Shown piece after piece: positions 19,649-28,007 of a stretch of 64,000 nt of DNA. Under the pieces are notes generated by a model that saw nothing but the letters and a program-made list of their open reading frames with translations, was not told the origin of the DNA and ran no database searches. A program made the position numbers and the translations under genes. The stretch's first letter is position 1. The number at the start of each line of letters is the position of its first letter. Source of the stretch: a virus (lineage: Duplodnaviria > Caudoviricetes); the IMG/VR virus record IMGVR_UViG_3300032167_007466, positions 32,001-96,000 of that record. The stretch is one strand, 5' to 3'.

Positions 19649-20041
19649 CTAACAAGCAGGACAACCGCATTTTCCGTATAACGCTCCATGCTTCAAAAAC
19701 ATTCCTATATTCATAATTTCGTGTCTGTCAAGCTCTCTGCCCTTGTTTTCTCCAGCGATGTAGACAAAGCATCTTTTGACAATTTCCTTCGGCAATAATA
19801 CCGCTTCTTTTGTGATAACCTTTATTCCAATACCCAAAGACAACATCACATCTCCGGCACCGCCATCAACTATATATCGTCTTATTTCCTCTGTTGCTCT
19901 GTTTAAATGATCTTGTGTTAAGGCTACACCAAAGAATAATTTTTCCGTCAAGTCTCTATATTCAAAGTAATTACAAGTCATATTAAATCCCTCCGTGTAA
20001 AGCAATTTGTTTAAAACTGTATTTCCGCTTCTTCTCTCCAT
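19649..20041 (-). CDS. Hypothetical early protein
   Basis: ORF; probable internal start MTCNY. Confidence 0.55.
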   Translation of the reverse strand: MERRSGNTVLNKLLYTEGFNMTCNYFEYRDLTEKLFFGVALTQDHLNRATEEIRRYIVDGGAGDVMLSLGIGIKVITKEAVLLPKEIVKRCFVYIAGENKGRELDRHEIMNIGMFLKHGALYGKCGCPAC

Positions 20042-20256
20042 CCAATAGGCTTATAACCCAACGCGGAAAGAAAACTCTGATAAATAGTGTTTAACCACTC
20101 CACTCTTGTTTTATCATTGCCTTTGATCCTGTCAAAAACATTCATATCAATAAAACGCTTCTGTTCTTCTTCCGTTAGCTTCTGCCAAGTCCACGACTTT
20201 TTAATAACATTCTGAAAGTAATTTTCCACCGTCATTGTGTGTTTTGCCATTTTCAA
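20011..20256 (-). CDS. Hypothetical early protein
   Basis: AGGAGG RBS. Confidence 0.65.
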   Translation of the reverse strand: MKMAKHTMTVENYFQNVIKKSWTWQKLTEEEQKRFIDMNVFDRIKGNDKTRVEWLNTIYQSFLSALGYKPIGWREEAEIQF

Positions 20257-20262
20257 AACCTC

Positions 20263-20391
20263 CTACTCTACATCAAATTCTTCTATGTCAAAATTTCCGT
20301 CATACTTATTGCATCCAATATCATAAGCCTTTGTATATTCATCATAAATGCCTATGATTTCTCCATCTACACTTAATACATAAACCGTCAT
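20263..20391 (-). CDS. Small acidic protein (42 aa)
   Basis: ATG at 20391 with GGGGAG RBS. Confidence 0.6.
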   Translation of the reverse strand: MTVYVLSVDGEIIGIYDEYTKAYDIGCNKYDGNFDIEEFDVE

Positions 20392-20419
20392 AGCAAACTC
20401 CCCTTTTAAAATCCTTGTT

Positions 20420-20671
20420 TCATCGTGTCTCGTCATTGAATACATCAATAAAATAATCCGCTTTTGGAAATTCTGAAAGGTATTTTCCACCCTCTCCGTA
20501 TTCCTTGTTATATTCACTAACCACCGCCCATGCCTTATCGTGATCTTCTGTTTCCAAAACAGTTTTTACTGTTCTTCCGCTTTTCTTTTCCCTTATATCA
20601 ACACAATACAACATTGCTTTATTCCTCGCTTTCCGTTGCTTCAAACCTTGCACAAACAAAATTTTCCGCAT
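20420..20671 (-). CDS. Hypothetical early protein
   Basis: ORF; probable internal start MLYCV. Confidence 0.55.
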   Translation of the reverse strand: MRKILFVQGLKQRKARNKAMLYCVDIREKKSGRTVKTVLETEDHDKAWAVVSEYNKEYGEGGKYLSEFPKADYFIDVFNDETR

Positions 20672-21146
20672 CTAAAATGTATTCTGAATTATTCCAATTT
20701 TCCTCTGCTACTGCTTCTGCTTCAATCCGGCTATCAGCTTCAATATAAACAACTTTTTCCAATGTTTCTGTTATCTTAACTGCATACTGTCTTGTTGTCT
20801 TTTCCTCTGTTTCATTTTCCATAAGCTGACATCCCTCTGTGTTAAACATACAATCATAAGAATTTTTATTATAGCATCCTTTGACACCACAAGTTAAATC
20901 CTGATGATGATTTCCAAAAGTTATTCCGTTGTATTCCGTTTCTGCAATTTCCTTTTCGGTTTCCTCTTTGAAAACTCCACACTCTGCATATAACCCATAT
21001 TTCTTGATGCAGTGCGGACAAACATATACATTCGCACTATCAAATCCGTCAAGAGATTTTGAGTTATAATCTCCATAATCGTTTGTTTCTCCGTTGTATA
21101 GCTGAAAATCATCAAATTCAATACCTTTGTAAAGTAATTTCTTCAT
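20619..21146 (-). CDS. Protein with C-terminal DpnD/PcfM-like domain
   Basis: YAVKITETLEKVVYIEADSRIEAE...YILDAENF. Confidence 0.65.
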   Translation of the reverse strand: MKKLLYKGIEFDDFQLYNGETNDYGDYNSKSLDGFDSANVYVCPHCIKKYGLYAECGVFKEETEKEIAETEYNGITFGNHHQDLTCGVKGCYNKNSYDCMFNTEGCQLMENETEEKTTRQYAVKITETLEKVVYIEADSRIEAEAVAEENWNNSEYILDAENFVCARFEATESEE

Positions 21147-21161
21147 ATCTAAAACCCCTTA

Positions 21162-21629
21162 TTATAAAGAACATTTTCCGCATCCGTTACCATCACATAA
21201 ACTGCATGCAAGAATAACACTTCCGCAACTTTGACAAACCACAATCTTTTTTCCGTCCTTATAGTCCTTTGCTTCTGATAACTTGTATTCGTTTATATGG
21301 TCGCAATGCGGACAAGTCTCCTCTAAAATTTCATCTTCAACAATTCTCTCTGTAATATTGTTTCTTTCCTCATATTTTTTGACACTCGCTCTAATCGTTT
21401 CTACACAATCCTCTATGTAGTTTTTATTGCTTTCATCTTTCCAAAGTGTTGCTCCGTAAACATAGTCAACAAAATTTGTATCTACATTATAGTTAGCATC
21501 CATAAGTATTATAAAGACAATATCACTTGTATATTGTTTATCTGCTCCTATTGATACACCCTCTAAAAGTTCATATTCAATCCCTAAATCACTAATAAAC
21601 ACATAACCATCTGATTTTAATTTGATCAT
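21162..21629 (-). CDS. Hypothetical protein with C-terminal zinc ribbon
   Basis: CPHC..CQSCG..CSLC..C..C. Confidence 0.65.
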   Translation of the reverse strand: MIKLKSDGYVFISDLGIEYELLEGVSIGADKQYTSDIVFIILMDANYNVDTNFVDYVYGATLWKDESNKNYIEDCVETIRASVKKYEERNNITERIVEDEILEETCPHCDHINEYKLSEAKDYKDGKKIVVCQSCGSVILACSLCDGNGCGKCSL

Positions 21630-21793
21630 CTGTTTTTACTCTCCCATTCTTCAAACTCTTTCCATACAGATTCTCTGTAATATACATCACTTAAAAAATA
21701 GTGTGGATGTGCTTCTAAAAATGCTTCGATATGTGAAAACTTTTCTTCTCCAAGTTGTTTTCTTATCTGTTCATATTCTTGTAAAATGCTCAT
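21626..21793 (-). CDS. Small hypothetical protein (55 aa)
   Basis: Read manually: MSILQEYEQIRKQLGEEKF..., GAGGAG RBS. Confidence 0.65.
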   Translation of the reverse strand: MSILQEYEQIRKQLGEEKFSHIEAFLEAHPHYFLSDVYYRESVWKEFEEWESKNR

Positions 21794-21799
21794 TAACAA

Positions 21800-22054
21800 T
21801 CACTCCTCATAATTCCATAATTCAAGCTCGTCAAAAATCCATGTATTGTCTTTGTATTCCTCTGCAAGTTCTGCTCCAATACTTCGCCAATTTGACGGAC
21901 AATTTATAGTTAGTGCCATCTGTTCAATAAGTTGTGCTGCAAACTGCAATAACTCTCTTGATTCGTCATAAAGGCTTAAATTTTCCTTGTAATATATAGC
22001 TTTTTCAATCATGCTTTTTATGATATTTTCCATCTGTTTTATTCTCCTTTGCAA
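21800..22054 (-). CDS. Hypothetical early protein
   Basis: ORF with RBS before MENII. Confidence 0.6.
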   Translation of the reverse strand: MQRRIKQMENIIKSMIEKAIYYKENLSLYDESRELLQFAAQLIEQMALTINCPSNWRSIGAELAEEYKDNTWIFDELELWNYEE

Positions 22055-22260
22055 TACTTCTTTACATATCGTCTGAAAGTCGCTTCTGCTTTCTTTTTAT
22101 CATTGATTGAATATGTCATTTTTTGAAGAGGATAACCGCACATATTATTGTCATAACAGGGACAAACCTCTACAATATAAATGTCATTTCCCCATACATT
22201 TTTAACTTCCATAGTCACATAATAATTATTTTCCTTGTGTTGCCTTATTACTGTTGACAT
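22039..22260 (-). CDS. Hypothetical early protein
   Basis: GGAGGG RBS. Confidence 0.65.
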   Translation of the reverse strand: MSTVIRQHKENNYYVTMEVKNVWGNDIYIVEVCPCYDNNMCGYPLQKMTYSINDKKKAEATFRRYVKKYCKGE

Positions 22261-22373
22261 ATTAAAACATCCCTCCGCTTTAAAATCTTGCTTTCAAAGT
22301 GTTTTTTCCATAAAAATAGAGTGACCTATGTATTAAACACATAAATCACTCTGTAAATGTTTTTTAATATCAA

Positions 22374-22595
22374 TCAATTTTCTGTAAAAACTCCGCTATT
22401 GATGCAAACAGTAATTAACACATGCCCATTATTGCCCGGGGCTATAGCCGTAAGTGTTGCCTCTTTATATCTACTCATCTTTTTTTTATCCTCTAAAGAA
22501 AAATCGTCAACATAACTATATTCTTCATTTGTTGCATCTTCAACCAATATATCGCAATCTACAACCATATATCCACTAATATCTTTTAATTTCAT
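22374..22595 (-). CDS. Moron-like small protein with own promoter
   Basis: AAAGGAGG RBS, upstream TTGAAT..TGGTATAAT, downstream hairpin. Confidence 0.65.
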   Translation of the reverse strand: MKLKDISGYMVVDCDILVEDATNEEYSYVDDFSLEDKKKMSRYKEATLTAIAPGNNGHVLITVCINSGVFTEN

Positions 22596-22712
22596 AACAA
22601 AACCCTCCTTTCATATGTTATTATACCAAATTAATCTTGAAAATTCAAGTCTGTATGAGTGATTTATGTATTTAATTGTCAAGGTTCAAATTAATATTTT
22701 TCAAAAACCGCT

Positions 22713-22943
22713 TTATTTTCCGTTTACTTGATTATAAATGTAATGTAATTTGTCTTGTGCTTCTGTTTCCGTTTCTGCCTCTGCAAGTGCAAAATTACCG
22801 CATAAATTAATACTTGCATATATGATAAAATTCTTCTGTTCGTGTTCCGGCTCTGATATATAAATACTTGTTATTTGTGCCGTGTTCAATAGTCTTTTAT
22901 TGTCATGTGTTTTCATCGTGTCCGTGCTCCTACTGTCAAGCAA
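22713..22943 (-). CDS. Hypothetical early protein
   Basis: ORF with AGGAG RBS before MKTHD. Confidence 0.55.
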   Translation of the reverse strand: MLDSRSTDTMKTHDNKRLLNTAQITSIYISEPEHEQKNFIIYASINLCGNFALAEAETETEAQDKLHYIYNQVNGK

Positions 22944-22951
22944 TTTAAAAA

Positions 22952-23353
22952 TTAATCAATATAGCAGTTAATAACCGTTGCAAACTGTCTCATATTTTCC
23001 GCTATTGTCTGCCGTTCCTCTGCTCTTTTTTGATCTGATTCCCAACCGTCAACACCTTTAAAAAGTTTGTTGTATGTTTCTATTGGTTTTAAGTTGTGCA
23101 GATAATAAAGGCGATTTTCTGCAATAATAACCGCATCTATAATATCAGCAATACCACTACCCCAAAGTCCAGCACTTCTCAAAGATTTAAAATGTTCTAT
23201 TTGTTTATTTGGCTGCAAATCCTTAAATTTGCAGATATTCCGCACAACTCCGCATGTTTTGTTGTTTTCCGTGTTTACAACTGTAATTGATGTTTTACCT
23301 ATTTTTATATGCTTGTTTTCAAGTTCTGAAATGTGCATTTTGACAACCTCCAA
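22952..23353 (-). CDS. Hypothetical early protein
   Basis: GGAGG RBS before MHISE. Confidence 0.65.
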   Translation of the reverse strand: MEVVKMHISELENKHIKIGKTSITVVNTENNKTCGVVRNICKFKDLQPNKQIEHFKSLRSAGLWGSGIADIIDAVIIAENRLYYLHNLKPIETYNKLFKGVDGWESDQKRAEERQTIAENMRQFATVINCYID

Positions 23354-23378
23354 AATTTACTATAAAATCATTATTCAA

Positions 23379-23666
23379 TTACCAAGCAATATGTAAAAAT
23401 CTATCCCCATGCACATTATAAAAATTATCTTCTTTTGTTTCCCATACTCTAAAACCCTTTGCAATGAAATAGTTTTTTACTTCGTTGTATTCCTCAATCC
23501 ATCTAATTTTAGTCATAAAGGATGTAACGCCCTTTTTAGCTGATTTTTTAACATCTGCTTTTAATGTTCTGATAATGCTTTTGACTTCCTTTTTATAGCT
23601 CTTTTGTGCTTTTCTTGTTTCCTTTTGTGCTAAACCTCTAACCGCTTTAATATTAAATACCATCAT
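23379..23666 (-). CDS. Basic hypothetical early protein
   Basis: AAGGAG RBS. Confidence 0.65.
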   Translation of the reverse strand: MMVFNIKAVRGLAQKETRKAQKSYKKEVKSIIRTLKADVKKSAKKGVTSFMTKIRWIEEYNEVKNYFIAKGFRVWETKEDNFYNVHGDRFLHIAW

Positions 23667-23713
23667 TTTTTTATTCTCCTTTTAATTTGATTTTTTAGTG
23701 TAAAGTAATTTAA

Positions 23714-23977
23714 TTATTTAATAACTAATTTAATAAAATTAAGTATGTAAGCAATACCACAACACAAAAAGCCTTGTAAAAGTTGTGTGATAATTTGTGT
23801 AAATGGTATGTTGTTGTTGTCTGATGTTCCTGCCGTGCCTATAATCCATATAACACCGCAAAAAGCACATAGAAAAGTTAATATTTTTAAAATGGTTATA
23901 ACTGCACTTTTAAAGCGACTTTTTAACAAGTCTATATTGATATATATAGTCTGTTTTTCTGTTGTTATAGTTAGCAT
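23714..23977 (-). CDS. Small two-TM membrane protein
   Basis: Two hydrophobic helices. Confidence 0.6.
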   Translation of the reverse strand: MLTITTEKQTIYINIDLLKSRFKSAVITILKILTFLCAFCGVIWIIGTAGTSDNNNIPFTQIITQLLQGFLCCGIAYILNFIKLVIK

Positions 23978-24363
23978 TATTGCACCGCCTTTTTTAATTC
24001 TCTATAAATTAAATTTGTCAAAAGTTTTTCTGCATCCGCTTCTGAATATTTGCTTTTTTCTGCTTCTGTTTCTTCTAATATAACCGCTAAATCATTAACC
24101 GCACTTCTGTTGTAAAAATAACATGTATCAATTACAGAAGGTAAACCGCTACACCAATCAAAAAATATTTCTTGTTCTGAGTAATTTTTGTAGCCGTCAT
24201 TATATCGCTTTTCAGTAAGAAAACAATTATAAATAAATTTTGCTATTGCTTCAAATGTTTTTGGCTCTTCTGTTGTGCCGTCATCATAATTACAGAAGTC
24301 AAAGTTGTTGATTATGTAATTTTTAATATTTTCTATTGCTTTTTTGCTATTTGTTTTTAACAT
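23977..24363 (-). CDS. Hypothetical early protein
   Basis: 128 aa, GGAGGG RBS. Confidence 0.7.
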   Translation of the reverse strand: MLKTNSKKAIENIKNYIINNFDFCNYDDGTTEEPKTFEAIAKFIYNCFLTEKRYNDGYKNYSEQEIFFDWCSGLPSVIDTCYFYNRSAVNDLAVILEETEAEKSKYSEADAEKLLTNLIYRELKKAVQ

Positions 24364-24381
24364 AGTTATTCCCTCCGCTTT

Positions 24382-24741
24382 TTATTTCTGTATTTCTTCA
24401 ATAAACTTTTCAACAAGTTTTTCAAGCTTCTTTTGTTGTTCTTCGTATTTGATAGAATAATCTTTAAAAAGTGCTTCTGCTTTTGCTTCGTATTTTTCAG
24501 TTATTCTATAATCAATTCTAATTCCCGGCATGCTTCTGTAACCTGTGCAAATTGCTATATTGCCGTTGTCAAGTGAAAATACATCGTAATTCCAACCATA
24601 AACACCGCTATTATAACCGACTTTGTTTGACCTTCTTAAAAGACATTGTAATTCACAATAACCAATACAATATATTTTTTTGTAACCGTTCTGTATTTCT
24701 TTTCTTGTCATTTTCATTTTTAATACCTCCAAATATTTCAT
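24382..24741 (-). CDS. Hypothetical early protein
   Basis: GYCELQ..GVYGWNYD; GGAGG RBS before MKMTR. Confidence 0.7.
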   Translation of the reverse strand: MKYLEVLKMKMTRKEIQNGYKKIYCIGYCELQCLLRRSNKVGYNSGVYGWNYDVFSLDNGNIAICTGYRSMPGIRIDYRITEKYEAKAEALFKDYSIKYEEQQKKLEKLVEKFIEEIQK

Positions 24742-24788
24742 AGAATTACTGTTTTATAGTGTTTCTGCCCTCTGTTATGCCCTCTGTA

Positions 24789-25133
24789 TTAATTAATATA
24801 ATCGTTGTAATCACTCTGTAATTCGCCTTTTATAATCTCATTATGCAGGCACTTAAGCTCCCATTTTAAATAATTTATAGATTGCTTCAGCATTGCATCA
24901 AGTTCTTTTTTGCTGATGCCTTTAAAGTTATCATTTACGGCTTTAAAGTAGTTATATGCTTCGCTGCTAAACTCATAATCGAATAATATACAAGATGTCA
25001 TATCATAACAGAAATCAAACGCTTTTTTAACCTGATACCATAAATATTGATGATCTGCTTTTTTGGATGCCGTTGTGTTTAGTGCCTTTACAGTTTCAAT
25101 ACATTTTAAAACATTGTTATAATTGTATGTCAT
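24789..25133 (-). CDS. Hypothetical early protein
   Basis: AAGGAGG RBS. Confidence 0.7.
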   Translation of the reverse strand: MTYNYNNVLKCIETVKALNTTASKKADHQYLWYQVKKAFDFCYDMTSCILFDYEFSSEAYNYFKAVNDNFKGISKKELDAMLKQSINYLKWELKCLHNEIIKGELQSDYNDYIN

Positions 25134-25139
25134 GATGTT

Positions 25140-25388
25140 TTATGCCTCCTTGCTAAAAATTAAATCACCTTTATTTATAAAGCCTTTAAAGGTTTTAATT
25201 GCATCGTCTGCATCATAGCTTGTATCTGTAATATTATAGTAATTGATTATTACATTAATAATACTGTCGGTTGTTGCTGCATCGTATTTGGTCTGATTAG
25301 ATGCTATGTTTTTTAAAGTGTTTTTTAATTCGATAGTATTCATTTTTTGTACCGTCCTTTTTTTAGTTTGGGTCTCAGGTCGCTGCAA
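25140..25388 (-). CDS. First gene of the leftward early operon
   Basis: AAAGGA RBS before MNTIEL. Confidence 0.6.
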   Translation of the reverse strand: MQRPETQTKKRTVQKMNTIELKNTLKNIASNQTKYDAATTDSIINVIINYYNITDTSYDADDAIKTFKGFINKGDLIFSKEA

Positions 25389-25421
25389 AGTAATTTGTAT
25401 TAACTACCCTTGACACTTACT

Positions 25422-25483
25422 ATTATAGCAAATAGAGTACACTATTTCAATAGGCAAAATAACAAAAATAGAGTACACTATTT
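25422..25483 (-). promoter_or_regulatory. Leftward early promoter with two identical 18-bp operators
   Basis: TTGAAA-17-TATAAT on the minus strand; AAATAGAGTACACTATTT at 25430-25447 (in the spacer) and 25466-25483. Confidence 0.75.
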
Positions 25484-25628
25484 TGTGCATATTTACTAAC
25501 AATATATTGCGTTTTATAGCACATTAAAACATATTAAACACTACATATTGTATATAGGAATGATGTTTGACTTTTTTAAAAAAATATGATAAAATATTTT
25601 AAAGTTTTTATTGTTTGAGGTCTGAAGA

Positions 25629-25814
25629 ATGGAAGAAAAGAAAAGTACATACAATGCAACCGCACAAAAAAAGTACAATGAAAAAAGAAAAAAGATAGCC
25701 TGCACTGTATACAATGATTTATATGACAAGATAAAGCTGCACGCAAGCAAAAAAGGATTTACAAGTATTAATTCATATGTATTAGATTTAATAAAAAAAG
25801 ATATGGAATTGTAA
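25629..25814 (+). CDS. Small ribbon-helix-helix DNA-binding protein
   Basis: AQKKYNEK..DKIKLHASKKG..SINSYVLDLIKKDM; divergent from the operators. Confidence 0.7.
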   Translation: MEEKKSTYNATAQKKYNEKRKKIACTVYNDLYDKIKLHASKKGFTSINSYVLDLIKKDMEL

Positions 25815-26934
25815 ACCGTTCCCGGCTTTATGTTTTGAACTGATGAAGGATAGTTATGTTATAAAATTTAGGATATTTTTATAGGTATAATTTATAGGAT
25901 ATTTTATACCTATTGTTTATAGTTAAAATTTTAAGTATATAAAATTCAAGTCTATTTTTACGAACCCGTAACCGTTCAGAATTTCAGCAGATGCAAAACT
26001 AAAAAAGCAAGTTAAAAACTTATACAGATAAAACATACTATAATAGTAATAATATTATGGTATGTTTTTTTTAATATCCCGGCTGGGTTTACATTTTAGA
26101 AACCGCATAACAGAGCCATTTTGAGCCTATCTGTTCCATCCACACGTAGACTCCCATTTCAAAACTCAATACACAAAAATAAGAGTATCAAATTCGATAC
26201 TCTTTTTCTTTTACCTAAAATCCATCAAATTCATTCGATATCAACTTCGATAAAACCTCACAACAAAGCCATTTAAGGCTCTTTTTTTATACTCAAAAAT
26301 TAATTTAATTTATCAAATCTTTTAAAAATCTCAGAAAAATCAGTATCTTTTACGAAAACAGTCAATTTATATTAAATATCTTAGTCTTCTCAAAACAGAA
26401 ATCTCACACAATTCCTTAAAATCTTAGTAATAATCACACTTTTATATCTAAAATATATTTAATCATCGAAGTCTGTTATTTCCATATGTGCAAAATTATT
26501 TCACAATATATTTTTATCTCATCACATTTTAGTGATCATTACAATTCAAAGCAGAAACTTAACCCTTATATCAAACCAACAGAGAATATATGATGTAGGG
26601 GTATATTTTACATCTAAAGCAAACTTATGACTATATAACTACCCCCCCACTCAAAAAAATGATAGACAAAAATTTTAAAACAGATATAAGATTAAAAAGA
26701 GAATAATATCTTGAGAGCAAAATTTTAACAAGAAGATTTTAAGGTGAGCGAAGCGAAACTGAATGAGCAGATTTATCTGCGAATGAATATGTCTGTTTTA
26801 TTATATAGGTGTCTATATTATTTCAGTTCCGTAAACGAGGTCTGAACCTCGTCAAAATTCTCAGATTTAAAAATTAAGTGAGGGTAAAACCTCGTTTGCC
26901 GTACGCAGGTGAATTTATAAAGGGAGGAATTTTT

Positions 26935-27741
26935 ATTACAAAATACATAACAAAAGAATATTTTACAAGATTTCCTAATGAGTATATACGATGCAATATC
27001 AAGAAAGATTATGGCGTGAGTAGGAAATTTTACATCATTTATATCTTAATCGACAAGTACCGTTCTTATGAAAACTACAGTTGGATAACTATTCGTAAGA
27101 TATTAAACTTTTACGGATATAAGACAAATAAACATAAACCTAAAGCGGTATATGAAATTTTAGATGTACTGGAATATATGATTAATAATAAAATGATTAA
27201 AGTATCGCAAGATTTAGATTCTCTTTCTTATGATACTGGCATTGAAATTGAAATCATCCCTGAAAACTTTGATTGTGCTGAAAAGTTTACAATGATAACT
27301 ACATCTCAACTAAACACAATAATGATGGCTGACAGTTCTTTAAACAAAGAGAATATATTATTGGCATTCCTTTATATCAATTCCTATATTGGTTGTCGTA
27401 GCAAAAAAGATGACGGCACCGAGTACGAGAATGCAAAAGATAATCCTGAAGCTTTCTTTAAAAGCCTTGAATCTATGGCAAAAGAAATATCAATGTCTAA
27501 AGAAACTATAAATCAAACTCTTGATTATCTTGTTTCTGATGAAAATCATCCTGCTTTACTTATAAGAAAAAATATTGGCAGTATTCCTGCCACAAAATCA
27601 CATCCGCCTAAAAATGTTCCTAACATATATGTTTTGAATGAAAATGGATATCAACGAGAAATTAAATGGGCTTTAGATAAAATGTTAGAGGCGTATGGAG
27701 TTGAAAATTTTAACAAAGCTTCTCAAACAAACAGAGAATAA
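26935..27741 (+). CDS. Putative winged-helix DNA-binding/replication protein
   Basis: Two helical DNA-binding-like repeats, C-terminal PNIYVL; ATT start after GGGAGG. Confidence 0.55.
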   Translation: MTKYITKEYFTRFPNEYIRCNIKKDYGVSRKFYIIYILIDKYRSYENYSWITIRKILNFYGYKTNKHKPKAVYEILDVLEYMINNKMIKVSQDLDSLSYDTGIEIEIIPENFDCAEKFTMITTSQLNTIMMADSSLNKENILLAFLYINSYIGCRSKKDDGTEYENAKDNPEAFFKSLESMAKEISMSKETINQTLDYLVSDENHPALLIRKNIGSIPATKSHPPKNVPNIYVLNENGYQREIKWALDKMLEAYGVENFNKASQTNRE

Positions 27742-27793
27742 TATATTAGAATCACCCACTTTATAAATAACAAAAGGAGACTTTAAATAAATA

Positions 27794-28006
27794 ATGCAAA
27801 ATGGAGATTACATAAATGACCCTTCAAGATTTGGAGGCAGGATATATTTATCGGATTTTGAAACAGATTATAGAGGTAAAGACAATACCGCCGGTTCCAT
27901 TATCGCTTCTCGTATCATTTCAGACTGGCGTTTTGATGAAATGTGTAGGAAAAATTCGATTATTAGAGATAAAAAGAGCAAGAATGATGGCAAAGGAGGA
28001 AATTGA
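27794..28006 (+). CDS. Small hypothetical protein
   Basis: 70 aa, AAGGAG RBS, stop abuts the RNAP start. Confidence 0.6.
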   Translation: MQNGDYINDPSRFGGRIYLSDFETDYRGKDNTAGSIIASRIISDWRFDEMCRKNSIIRDKKSKNDGKGGN

Positions 28007-28007
28007 C

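Noticed and set aside
27816-28007. ORF-track N-terminal extension of the RNAP
   Set aside because: Overlaps a separate RBS-led ORF (27794-28006); the best RBS points to 28008
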